From assembly GCA_964387765.1 (NCBI GenBank), contig CAYLXS010000002.1, positions 1 through 48,285 of the forward strand: a DNA stretch of 48,285 nucleotides. Direction: 5' to 3'. The notes under the pieces are model-generated. The model was not told where the DNA came from and did no database searches. It was given only the letters and a program-made list of their open reading frames with translations. Shown here one piece after another: positions 17,339 through 26,378 of this stretch. Source of the DNA: an uncultured Syntrophaceae bacterium (GTDB lineage Bacteria; Desulfobacterota; Syntrophia; Syntrophales; UBA2210). Numbering within the stretch: the first letter of the stretch is position 1; each line of letters begins with the position of its first letter. The position numbers were made by a program, and so were the translations under genes.

Positions 17339-19153
17339 CTAAAAATAATACAGCGCGGAGAGATAATCGTTAACATTCTCGCCGTCTTCCTGCAGTCTTT
17401 TGAAATAATCATAAAGGGACACATCTGTATAAAGGTAATCCCTTGCCGTCGTAAGCTTTGTTTCCCATGAATAGAATCTGTATACCCTCCGGCCATCGGG
17501 CAGAATCATTATGACCTCATGATCCTGCCACGCCCTCAAATGTGATTTACCCAACCTCGGCACATTGAAGACCGGTTCATCTGTTCTGACAAGGCCGGGC
17601 AAGAGCCTCGCCTCCTCCTTGTTCTCCTGTAATATCCTTGCTATGGGGACTCTGAAATCCACTGTTTCGTCCTTGCCCTGGCAGTTGAATGTATAGTAGG
17701 GATCAATACCGCAAACCTTGAGTGTTTTCCGCAAGAAGGCTGTTTCAAATTTTCTGCTGTTATAATAGGTAAAGACCTGCTGATTATAGATATTGATTCC
17801 CAGCTTTCTTATCTTTTTCACGGCATCCAGGACTTCCGGGCATATCTCGGTGGGGTGTTCGATATGCGTAACTATAGCGATTTCTCTTTTCCCCCACTCG
17901 TGGTATTTCGCAAGTATTTCAAGCAGACCGTCATTTATCCTCTGGGGCAGGGTTACAAGTGTTCTGGTTCCGATTCTTATCCTGTCTACATGATCTATTG
18001 CCGCGACCTCTCCGATCATCCAGTCAAGGTACTCGTTGTTGAGTGTAAAGGGGTCTCCGCCGGTTATAAGAATCTCTGAGAGATTTTCATCCTCCCTAGC
18101 CCAGTTTATCATCTCTTCCACCTTGTCCCTGGGCATCATGGGATTGTCGTCAATATCTGTTATTTCCCAGTTTCTCTGACAATAAACACATATCTGCGGG
18201 CATGAATTAAACGGTTTCATAATGATAATCTGAGGGTATCTGCGCGTGACTCCATCTATCGGACTCGTCGCATGCTCACCCATAAAATCCATGTCTCTTC
18301 CATCACCCTGATTTGCGAGGACATTGGTGCAATACCTGGGACTCTGAATGACCTGCGCTCGAATGGCGCGATCATGCAAAGTCATCCCTTCTTCATTAAA
18401 AAGCGACAGATAATGGGGTGTTATTTCAAAAGGAATATGATTTTCCGTCGCCAGTCTTAACCCTTCCATTTCATCATCATTCAACTCGACAAGAGCAGAC
18501 AGTGTCTCGATGTGTTTGATGATGTGTTTCATGTGCCAGAGATAATTTCCCCAGTCTTCTTCTCCAGCCCCGAAATAGTTCAATATCTTATCTTTCAGTT
18601 TTTTCCTCTTTTTTACCAATTTAGGATTAAGTCCAGTTCTGTACCGCCCGAAATATTTTCTCATCATTTTCCCGTAAGCATCTAGCTGGGAAGATCGTTC
18701 AATGGCAGCGCCTCTTCCTTCTTTCTGCTTCAGGAGCTCGTGGTGTTGAGAATGTTTTCCATAGCTTCCCCTGATACCCTCCAGCAGGGCAACGTATTCC
18801 AGCAAAAACCCCTTGCTTACCTTCTCAAGAGCTCCTTTTTCATCATTCGCAAGGTTATACAAAAGATTCATAGGCGAGACCTGCGTAAGATGTTCGTTTT
18901 CTGTCCGCATTGTATTTGCGAGCACACGGATACATTCCCTGGCATTCCTTCTCTCTACAACATTAAGATCCGCAAAGGGTGTATCGGCTTTCATGTTGTA
19001 TAGATCTCTTCCGAAGCGATCAAGATAATCGAAAAATACATACCGGGCTTCTTCCACATGTCTGGCATTGCGAAGAATACCCTTGAGTCTGGGCTCAGTT
19101 TTCCATATCCTTTCGAGAAGTTTTTCCTTTGACAAATCAATCAATCTTTTCAT
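17339..19153 (-). CDS. KamA-family radical SAM aminomutase (lysine/glutamate 2,3-aminomutase-like) with a long N-terminal extension
   Basis: CxxxCxxC at residues 318/322/325 (CPQICVYCQR), preceded by the KamA-type ITPHYLSL segment. The ORF is 604 aa, against roughly 416 aa for clostridial KamA (from memory). SD GAGG upstream of the ATG. Confidence 0.75.
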   Translation of the reverse strand: MKRLIDLSKEKLLERIWKTEPRLKGILRNARHVEEARYVFFDYLDRFGRDLYNMKADTPFADLNVVERRNARECIRVLANTMRTENEHLTQVSPMNLLYNLANDEKGALEKVSKGFLLEYVALLEGIRGSYGKHSQHHELLKQKEGRGAAIERSSQLDAYGKMMRKYFGRYRTGLNPKLVKKRKKLKDKILNYFGAGEEDWGNYLWHMKHIIKHIETLSALVELNDDEMEGLRLATENHIPFEITPHYLSLFNEEGMTLHDRAIRAQVIQSPRYCTNVLANQGDGRDMDFMGEHATSPIDGVTRRYPQIIIMKPFNSCPQICVYCQRNWEITDIDDNPMMPRDKVEEMINWAREDENLSEILITGGDPFTLNNEYLDWMIGEVAAIDHVDRIRIGTRTLVTLPQRINDGLLEILAKYHEWGKREIAIVTHIEHPTEICPEVLDAVKKIRKLGINIYNQQVFTYYNSRKFETAFLRKTLKVCGIDPYYTFNCQGKDETVDFRVPIARILQENKEEARLLPGLVRTDEPVFNVPRLGKSHLRAWQDHEVIMILPDGRRVYRFYSWETKLTTARDYLYTDVSLYDYFKRLQEDGENVNDYLSALYYF

Positions 19154-19194
19154 GGGAACTGCCTCACTTGATGTTTTATAATTGTTAACGGTTT

Positions 19195-19212
19195 ATCCCG
19201 ACTCGCCGGGAT
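19195..19212. repeat. REP-like hairpin ATCCCG-actcgc-CGGGAT
   Basis: 6-bp stem of the same family as the hairpins at 2134, 7167, 7217 and 29852. It lies in the 176-bp spacer between the amine-dehydrogenase-like gene and the KamA-like gene. Confidence 0.5.
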
Positions 19213-19329
19213 TTACGGTTGAAAAACAGAAGCTTAAAATCAATATCCAAAATGTTTCGATCGCTACATACTTTATCGGAAAACTGTAAACTGTGAATCG
19301 ACAACTGTGAGCGGTTACGATGTTTTTAC

Positions 19330-20328
19330 CTACCAGATCGTTACTATTGGCAGGTCACGCATGGTAACCAGACCGGGCTGTGCCTCAAATACACGCCGCA
19401 CGGCATTAACCGCAATGGCCACTGTCGCGATGTCGCCATTGGTGCCCTTCATCCTGACTTCCAGATCCGGTTTCCCGGTAATCAGGATGATATCTTCATC
19501 CACTTTTTCATCCAGCGCGGCTATGAAGGTAAGGGTCATAAATTCGCCCTCACCGGTATACCCGCGGGCTACCTGCTTAAGTCCCCTTACTTGACCGGGC
19601 TTTACCTCAAAGTAGTCGGTTTGGACTAGAGAATCGGCTACTACCGGTTCGATACTGGATTCATATTTTACCAGATTTCTGCCTAATGTGGAGAAGACCA
19701 TTCCCATGGATTCCGGAAGCCCGACATGTCCCATGCGTCCCGTTTTCGTTTTTGCTCTAAAGTCTTCCACCGTCATTCCTGAACCTATCTTTGCCTGGAA
19801 TGGTCCACGCCGCAACGAGGCATCCTGGCGACGCGTCACGTCGATGCGATCCACCCGCTGACAGATAGCCGTGAGATTAAGGGGCAGTGAATCCATGATA
19901 AAACCGGGATTAACACCCGTGCCCAATACTGTTTTGCCTGCATTTCTAGCGGCAGCGTCTATCCTAGCGGCGGCATCCGGGTGAGCCAGCCAGGGGAACG
20001 AAAGTTCCTCGGATGTTGAGACAATATCCAGGCCGGCTCCCAGGATTTCCATAATCTGAGGCTCAAAAAAAGCAGCAAAGGAGCCGGTAGTGTGAAGCAC
20101 CACATCCGCCTCTGTTTTCTCCAATACCCGGGACAGGTCTTTAACCACGGGGAATCCAACAGGACTGCTGAGACCGATTACCTCACCGATATCCCTGCCT
20201 GTCTTTGTCTCGTCAACCTCCACTCCACCAACCAGTTCTATTCCATCCCGCTCTACAACGTGGCGTGCCATAGCGCTGCCGATAGGTCCCAATCCATATT
20301 GCACCACCCGTATTATCTTACTGCTCAT
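19330..20328 (-). CDS. NAD(P)-dependent amine dehydrogenase / 2,4-diaminopentanoate dehydrogenase-like protein (DapB-like N-terminal Rossmann fold)
   Basis: 332 aa with the N-terminal dinucleotide-binding segment IRVVQYGLGPIGSAMARHVV. Its overall length and layout match my recollection of the DapB-like amine dehydrogenase family. Its ATG overlaps the end of the TRAP permease gene by 11 nt. Confidence 0.55.
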   Translation of the reverse strand: MSSKIIRVVQYGLGPIGSAMARHVVERDGIELVGGVEVDETKTGRDIGEVIGLSSPVGFPVVKDLSRVLEKTEADVVLHTTGSFAAFFEPQIMEILGAGLDIVSTSEELSFPWLAHPDAAARIDAAARNAGKTVLGTGVNPGFIMDSLPLNLTAICQRVDRIDVTRRQDASLRRGPFQAKIGSGMTVEDFRAKTKTGRMGHVGLPESMGMVFSTLGRNLVKYESSIEPVVADSLVQTDYFEVKPGQVRGLKQVARGYTGEGEFMTLTFIAALDEKVDEDIILITGKPDLEVRMKGTNGDIATVAIAVNAVRRVFEAQPGLVTMRDLPIVTIW

Positions 20329-23050
20329 CTTGTTTCTCCTCCAGATTTTTCTTATTTCTCCTGCCTTGAACTATATAAAGAAATGCCAATATGGCGATTC
20401 CTGCCAGATCACTGTAAACCTCCGGGGAAAGAAGCGTAAAGGCGGCAATTGCAGTAAGCGCCCTTTCGAACAGAGTTGACCTACTCCTGAAATATCCTAT
20501 CACTGTAGCTCCAAGGGCCACCACTCCTATCAGCAGCGTTATAAATATATGTGCGAATCTGAGATAGTCAAATGAAGCTTCAGGGTCGAGAAGCGTCGGC
20601 AACCAGAGAATTATGGGTGCAGACACAATAACAAATGGAACGACGAAACCGGCGGAAGCCAGCCCGAAAGCGGTAAATCCGGTCTTAAACGGATTGGCAC
20701 CGGAAATTCCCGATGCCGCATAGGCAGCAAGGGCAACGGGCGGCGTTACGTCTGCGAGAACGGCGTAGAACAGCACAAACATGTGAGATACCAGCGGGTG
20801 AATGCCCCACTGCATAAGCGCCGGAGCGGCTATCATTGATGCTATTATATACTGCGCCGTTGTGGGAATTCCCATGCCGAGGACAAAACATGCTACTGCC
20901 GTAAGTATGAGGGTGAAGAACAACGCGACAGAATTCGCGCTCAGGAGATGGAGTACGTCAAGGTTCATAACTACGGTTGTTATCACATGGGCGAGTTCAA
21001 TGACCGCTGCCGCAAACTTGAGTCCCAGGCCGGTAAGGGTAGTTGCCCCTACAATAAAACCTATACAGGCACACGCCGCCCCGATGGCGAGGGCATTTTT
21101 TGTTCCCAGTTCCAGTGTGTCCATTATATCCGGTATTCTCATTTTACTTTCCCTGTAACAGACCCCTGTAGCAATCACTGTCATCATCGCCCAGAATGAG
21201 CAGAGGGATGGCTCCAGTCCCCATGAAAGCAACCATACCAGGACAAAGGCCGGCAGCAGTCCCGGAAGCCAGGAGGATCTTTCCGTCTTGATGAATGTTC
21301 CGACAAATCCGGCGGCGAGCAGCGCAAACCAGATAATTGAAAAGAGAGAAATCTCTTCCATCGGATTGACCCTTACCAGCACAGACGGAATCGACAGGAA
21401 GATTGTAATCAGCAGCGGATATGTTTTCTTGTGTACCTGGCCTGTTGCAACCGAGTAAATGATTCCCCAGAAGGCGGCCAGAAACGGGCTGCTTCCTGTG
21501 ACCAGGAGATATATAATAATAACAAGGGGTGTCAGCAGCAACCACCCATCTTTTATCACCTTCCACAGTTTGGGCAGCGTCTCTCGTGGAAGCCCCTGCA
21601 GGCCCTGTTTCTTGGCTTCGAGATGCACCATGGTGCCCACAGCAAAGAAATAGAGTATGGCGGGGACAACAGCACACGCGGCAATCTTGATATAGGGTAT
21701 CCCCAGAAATTCCGCCATTATAAATGCTGCAGCGCCCATAATAGGTGGCATCAGTTGACCTCCCGTCGACGAAGCCGCTTCAACGGCTCCGGCAAACTGG
21801 GCAGGATACCCGACACGTCTCATGAGGGGAATCGTAAACGCCCCAGTAGTGACGGTATTCGCTATGGAACTCCCGCTTATGGAACCCATGAATCCGCTGC
21901 TTATAACGGCAACCTTGGCGGGACCACCGGCAGACCACCCGGCAATAGCCATCGCGCAATCCATAAAGAACTGTCCCAGGCCTGTCTTGGATATAAAGAT
22001 CCCGAACAATACAAAATGAAACACAAAAGTGGCTACAACCCCGAGCGGAATACCATAGATGCCCTCCGTGCCAAGATACATGTGCTCAATGATCCGCTGA
22101 ATGGAATACCCCCTGTGCGCGAAAAAACTGAGTCCGGGAATATCAATAAAATAGGGACCCAGATAACAGTTTAGCAGAACAAATAAGGAAATAATGGGAA
22201 GAGGAGGCCCTATACTGCGTCGTGCCCCCTCCAATACCAGTAAAATGGCAAAGGCGCCCACAACAACATCCATCTTGAGAGGAAGCCCCGCGCGTATGAC
22301 CAGACTATTAAATTCCAGAAATATATAAACAGAGATAAAAGATGCGAGAATTGCAAGAAATACATCAAAATAGGGGATATTGTCCTGTTTATAGCCGAAA
22401 TCTGCGCTCTTTACCAGGGCAAGCAGTGCCCTGAACCACTGAACAGCAAAGAGCAATATCATGCTGAAAAATACACCAAACAGGAAAACGCTCCAGAAAA
22501 AGAGGGATATGCCGGAATTATCAAATGATTCTCTAAGGTGCATATACTGAAAACCGAGGCGCGCACCCCAGGCCAGCACGACGATCATTATGGTAAATAT
22601 AACAAAATCTACATATACAAAAATCCTGTTCGATAGGAACTCCCTGCGCTTGAAATAGATGACAAACAGGAATACTGCTGCCGACAGGATAAACGTGGCA
22701 TATCCTGAAAGTTCCAGGATCTCGCGAAACATGGCGCCGGCAATGGCGGCACCGATAATACCGTAGATGACATCATAGACAAGATGTTTCCTGGATTCCG
22801 TCTTGTCTTTTCTTATCGTATAAAGAAAAAACACAAGTGGCAAGACGAAGGCCAAGTGAAAAGCCCTATGTCTCCACTCCTGAAAAACGCCGAAGCCGGC
22901 CGTATAAATATGAAATATCGAAAGAACCTGCGTCATAAAGAAGGCAAGCTTCAGCGTAATGCCTGTGAGCTTTCGGAATCGAAACTCAGGATCGTATTTG
23001 GCAATTTCTTCTATGTCTTCAGAGATAGTCACCGTTTCCTGCGGTTCCAT
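20318..23050 (-). CDS. TRAP transporter fused permease (TAXI-associated, small plus large membrane components fused)
   Basis: 910 aa with more than 18 hydrophobic segments. It is adjacent to the DUF1850-like gene and the TAXI binding-protein gene. SD AGGAGA 8 nt upstream of the ATG. Confidence 0.85.
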   Translation of the reverse strand: MEPQETVTISEDIEEIAKYDPEFRFRKLTGITLKLAFFMTQVLSIFHIYTAGFGVFQEWRHRAFHLAFVLPLVFFLYTIRKDKTESRKHLVYDVIYGIIGAAIAGAMFREILELSGYATFILSAAVFLFVIYFKRREFLSNRIFVYVDFVIFTIMIVVLAWGARLGFQYMHLRESFDNSGISLFFWSVFLFGVFFSMILLFAVQWFRALLALVKSADFGYKQDNIPYFDVFLAILASFISVYIFLEFNSLVIRAGLPLKMDVVVGAFAILLVLEGARRSIGPPLPIISLFVLLNCYLGPYFIDIPGLSFFAHRGYSIQRIIEHMYLGTEGIYGIPLGVVATFVFHFVLFGIFISKTGLGQFFMDCAMAIAGWSAGGPAKVAVISSGFMGSISGSSIANTVTTGAFTIPLMRRVGYPAQFAGAVEAASSTGGQLMPPIMGAAAFIMAEFLGIPYIKIAACAVVPAILYFFAVGTMVHLEAKKQGLQGLPRETLPKLWKVIKDGWLLLTPLVIIIYLLVTGSSPFLAAFWGIIYSVATGQVHKKTYPLLITIFLSIPSVLVRVNPMEEISLFSIIWFALLAAGFVGTFIKTERSSWLPGLLPAFVLVWLLSWGLEPSLCSFWAMMTVIATGVCYRESKMRIPDIMDTLELGTKNALAIGAACACIGFIVGATTLTGLGLKFAAAVIELAHVITTVVMNLDVLHLLSANSVALFFTLILTAVACFVLGMGIPTTAQYIIASMIAAPALMQWGIHPLVSHMFVLFYAVLADVTPPVALAAYAASGISGANPFKTGFTAFGLASAGFVVPFVIVSAPIILWLPTLLDPEASFDYLRFAHIFITLLIGVVALGATVIGYFRSRSTLFERALTAIAAFTLLSPEVYSDLAGIAILAFLYIVQGRRNKKNLEEKQDEQ

Positions 23051-23062
23051 ATAAAGTGTCTC

Positions 23063-23563
23063 CTATGTTTTTGCCCTCAAATACAAAAATTTGATAAATG
23101 GCAGTCTTTCTACAATCACTCGCAAAAGGGTATCTCCCGCGAGAGAGGGGAGTTTAAGCATCTCACCATCTCCCAGCGTCAAGGTGTTGTCGTATTTTTT
23201 ATTGACCCACAGGTTAAGCTCCGGTAATACCCTGTGCATGTCGGAGATACGCAGATGATCCCCATCGATATAAAGCTTTTCATCTCCGGAGAGGGTAGTT
23301 GGAAGGCCGGTATTACAGGAAGAGAAGGTCGTTTCATAAAGAACGATCCTGAAGTTTTTGTCTATTTTGAAATATTCCCGGACAGGGGACAATTCAACCG
23401 AATGAATATATTCGGTTGAAAATATGTAATCTGGGCGGATTATCTGAATAAAGACCGTTCGATTTTTCCTTGCCGCCTCTATTCTCAATACATGACAGGG
23501 AATAAGAGATAAGAGAAAGAGGCCTGCAATAGAAGAGAGAATGATTATTCTTTTCTTATCCAT
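23063..23563 (-). CDS. DUF1850-like small membrane-anchored protein commonly found in TAXI-TRAP operons
   Basis: 166 aa with an N-terminal TM segment. It sits between the TAXI SBP and fused permease genes, as in other TAXI-TRAP loci (assignment by context and memory). No SD is visible upstream. Confidence 0.55.
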   Translation of the reverse strand: MDKKRIIILSSIAGLFLLSLIPCHVLRIEAARKNRTVFIQIIRPDYIFSTEYIHSVELSPVREYFKIDKNFRIVLYETTFSSCNTGLPTTLSGDEKLYIDGDHLRISDMHRVLPELNLWVNKKYDNTLTLGDGEMLKLPSLAGDTLLRVIVERLPFIKFLYLRAKT

Positions 23564-23571
23564 AAAAAAGA

Positions 23572-23597
23572 CCGGGCACCGGAAAACCGGTGCCCGG
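23572..23597 (-). terminator. intercistronic intrinsic terminator/attenuator hairpin after the TAXI binding-protein gene
   Basis: CCGGGCACCGG-uuuu-CCGGUGCCCGG, a perfect 11-bp stem with a tetraloop. On the minus strand it is followed by UCUUUUUU, which abuts the next ATG. Confidence 0.55.
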
Positions 23598-23623
23598 ATA
23601 CCTCCTGAAAGATCAATTTCTTG

Positions 23624-24649
23624 CTATTTTATCAAACCCTTCTCCCTGTAAAATTTCGCTGCGCCCGGATGAAGGGGAATCGCTACGCCGTCAAGCGCTG
23701 TTGCGAGGGTAACATCTTTACCCTTGGAATGGGCCTTCGCCATAATTTCAGCTCCGCTCGGAGCCGCGGCAGCCTTGCCACCCTTTTTACGCAGGACAAA
23801 AGATCCCTTATCCCACAGTGCCTTTGTAAGGTTGTAAACCATCTCTTCCGGGACGGCAGCATCAACAACCCACTGAGCCATCGTGGTGATGGTGGGAATA
23901 TCTGTATCCACCCCTTTGTAAGTGCCCGCAGGGACAATGACCTTTGCATAGAAGGGATGCGCCTTGATGATCTTTGCTATGGTTTTGTCATCCAGCGGAA
24001 CAAGTGTAATATTTGATGTTGTGGCCAGCTCTGTAACGGATGCCGTGGGCCATCCTGCTGTAATGAACGCCACATCGGCCTGCCTGTCTTTCAGCCTTTG
24101 GGTGGCGCCAGCAAAGCTGAGCCAGTCTACACCGGCGAAATTATCATAGGTAAGGCCGAGACCTGAAAGAACCGCCAGGCAGTCCACTTCGGTTCCACTT
24201 CCTCTGTCACCAGGGACCAGCTTTTTCCCCTTCAGATCCTTCGCGTTTTTAATGCCGGCTCCCTCTCTGGCAATAATCTGGATTGTCTCAGGGTAGAGAG
24301 AGGCGATGGCCCTCAGGTTTTTAACGGGTTTTCCATCAAACTGCTCGACCCCGTTATACGCATAGTAGGCAACATTGTTCTGCACGAACCCCGATTCGAT
24401 CTGGTGTGTCTTTATAAGGTTGCAGTTCGCGACAGACGCGTTACCCGACTGGGCGGTAACAATAACATTGGGGAGTTTGTTGGACAGTGCCTGAGCCAGA
24501 ACCCCCCCCAGGGGATAGTAAGTGCCCCCCGTGCCACCCGTGGCAATCGCGAAGAAACTTTTCTTCGCTGCAAACGAAGGACCGATAAAGACCATTGACA
24601 AAGCCACAATCAGCACAACAAACAGTACAAGGTTTCTCTTCTTAAACAT
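23624..24649 (-). CDS. TAXI-family TRAP transporter solute-binding protein
   Basis: Signal peptide MFKKRNLVLFVVLIVALSMVFIGPSFA followed by the TAXI hallmark ATGGTGGTYYPLGG. The start is taken at ATG 24649 with SD GAAAGGAGAGG. Confidence 0.85.
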   Translation of the reverse strand: MFKKRNLVLFVVLIVALSMVFIGPSFAAKKSFFAIATGGTGGTYYPLGGVLAQALSNKLPNVIVTAQSGNASVANCNLIKTHQIESGFVQNNVAYYAYNGVEQFDGKPVKNLRAIASLYPETIQIIAREGAGIKNAKDLKGKKLVPGDRGSGTEVDCLAVLSGLGLTYDNFAGVDWLSFAGATQRLKDRQADVAFITAGWPTASVTELATTSNITLVPLDDKTIAKIIKAHPFYAKVIVPAGTYKGVDTDIPTITTMAQWVVDAAVPEEMVYNLTKALWDKGSFVLRKKGGKAAAAPSGAEIMAKAHSKGKDVTLATALDGVAIPLHPGAAKFYREKGLIK

Positions 24650-24717
24650 AACGCCTCTCCTTTCAAATAGTTTTAACAGCCTGACATTTCTTTTCAACAG
24701 AACGCACATTATTCTAA

Positions 24718-24746
24718 AAGATAAAAGATTTACAGGCCATTGTCAA
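24718..24746 (-). promoter_or_regulatory. candidate sigma70 promoter of the TAXI-TRAP operon
   Basis: On the minus strand: TTGACA (24746..24741), a 17-nt spacer, then TATCTT (24723..24718), about 70 nt upstream of the ATG at 24649. Confidence 0.4.
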
Positions 24747-24850
24747 GCTTTTTCAGGCAGGATGTCATCGCCAGAACATGGCATCATATGTGATAGCGAG
24801 CACCATCCGGAAAGGGAACATCCTACAGAACCATTGCGGGAATAAAACAT

Positions 24851-24878
24851 TTGACAATTCGCCTGTTCCGCCTATAAA
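24851..24878 (+). promoter_or_regulatory. candidate sigma70 promoter of the acyl-CoA synthetase-like gene
   Basis: TTGACA (24851..24856), a 16-nt spacer, then TATAAA (24873..24878), 37 nt upstream of the ATG at 24915. Confidence 0.45.
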
Positions 24879-24914
24879 GAAGACTGCTAAAAAAGAGTAC
24901 TGGAGTGAATTCTA

Positions 24915-26312
24915 ATGAATTGCTTTTTCAATCCCGACGGGGTGGCAATAATCGGCGCCTCGGACAATCCCGCAAAAGGCGGATATCACATCCTTAACAA
25001 CATATCCGGTGGGTACAAAGGCAGGATATATCCCGTAAATCCGAAGCATGATTCGATCCTCGGAATGAAATGCTATCCCGATATCTCATCCATCCCCGGT
25101 GATGTTGACCTGGCCATATACTTCATCCCGGCCACATTTCTTCCCTCTGTCATAGACGAATGCGCGAAGAAACATGTCAGGGGAATCATTATTGAGTCGG
25201 CGGGATTCGCGGAAGTGGGTGAAGAAGGAAAAAAACTCCAGGAAGAATGCACGGCCCTCGCCTGCAAATACAACATAAGACTGTGGGGACCCAACTGCAT
25301 GGGTCTTCTCGACGGTCATTCGAGGCATGTATTTTCCTTCATGTATACAGATGTATGGAAGACGTTGATGGTCCCCGGAAACGTTTCGATGATCGTTCAA
25401 AGCGGCTTTCTCTCCGCTATCTTTCTCATGATGATACTTGAGCGGGGGGGGATGGGTATCAGCAAGATATGCTCTATCGGTAACAAGAGTGACGTCAATG
25501 AAACCGATTTACTGGAATATCTGATAGATGATCCCCTCACCGGGGTTATCGGATTGTACGCCGAATCCATTGTCGATGTCAGGCGTTTTATGAAGCTGTG
25601 CCGATCCACCACGAAACCCGTTATTGTTCTTAAGGGGGGGAGAAGCCCATCGGGAGCCCGCGCAGCCGTGAGTCACACAGCCAGTCTGGCTGGTAATTAC
25701 ACAATCATGAAACACGCCTTCACACAATCAGGTGTGATACCGGCGTATGACTTTAACGAACTTATGGACCTTCTCCGGGGTTTTTCCAAAACCGGATACC
25801 GCAAGAGTGATGGTGGAACGGCTGTTATTACCTTCTCGGGTGGAGGAGGAATCGTCACCGCCGATTTCATGCATGATCTTGATCTCCCTCTGGCCACGTT
25901 ATCCGAAGAAACCTTGAAATCCATAAAAGAGGTGTTCCCAGACTGGATGGATCCCTCAAATCCCGTAGATATATGGCCTGCCGTCGAAAAAAATGGAATA
26001 GAGGCCGTTTACACAAAGGTGGTGGACGCCGTCATGCACGACAGGGGAGTGGACTCTCTTATCGTACACATCTTTTCAGGAAACTGTGACAGCGGTATGT
26101 TTCGCCATCTGAGCAGGCTGAAGGAGGAACTGGCAAAACCTGTCATCGTATGGCTGGCGGGGGTGGGAGAACCCTTCCACGCATTCAAAAGAGGTCTGGA
26201 AGAGATGGGCCTCCCCGTTTTTGAAGAGATGGGCCGCGGGGTACGCTTCCTCCACGCCGTGAAACAGCATTACAGCAAAAAACCCTACAATTTTAGCGGG
26301 TCCGGATTGTAA
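24915..26312 (+). CDS. ADP-forming acyl-CoA synthetase family protein, alpha-type (CoA-binding plus CoA-ligase domains; no ATP-grasp part)
   Basis: N-terminal CoA-binding sequence (GVAIIGASDNPAKGG ... YPVNP) and a phosphohistidine-loop-like SHTASLAG. Tandem stops TAA-TGA end the ORF. Confidence 0.7.
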   Translation: MNCFFNPDGVAIIGASDNPAKGGYHILNNISGGYKGRIYPVNPKHDSILGMKCYPDISSIPGDVDLAIYFIPATFLPSVIDECAKKHVRGIIIESAGFAEVGEEGKKLQEECTALACKYNIRLWGPNCMGLLDGHSRHVFSFMYTDVWKTLMVPGNVSMIVQSGFLSAIFLMMILERGGMGISKICSIGNKSDVNETDLLEYLIDDPLTGVIGLYAESIVDVRRFMKLCRSTTKPVIVLKGGRSPSGARAAVSHTASLAGNYTIMKHAFTQSGVIPAYDFNELMDLLRGFSKTGYRKSDGGTAVITFSGGGGIVTADFMHDLDLPLATLSEETLKSIKEVFPDWMDPSNPVDIWPAVEKNGIEAVYTKVVDAVMHDRGVDSLIVHIFSGNCDSGMFRHLSRLKEELAKPVIVWLAGVGEPFHAFKRGLEEMGLPVFEEMGRGVRFLHAVKQHYSKKPYNFSGSGL

Positions 26313-26378
26313 TGACTGAAACCCTGTACCCTGGGGCATATGGCATCTGTTCTTATTGCCAAACCACTCCCGGGAACT

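Noticed and set aside
21431-22174. 247-aa plus-strand ORF, plus several smaller ORFs across 20.6-22.2 kb
   Set aside because: They are antisense to, or out of frame with, the 910-aa TRAP fused permease, whose hydrophobic reading frame is unambiguous.
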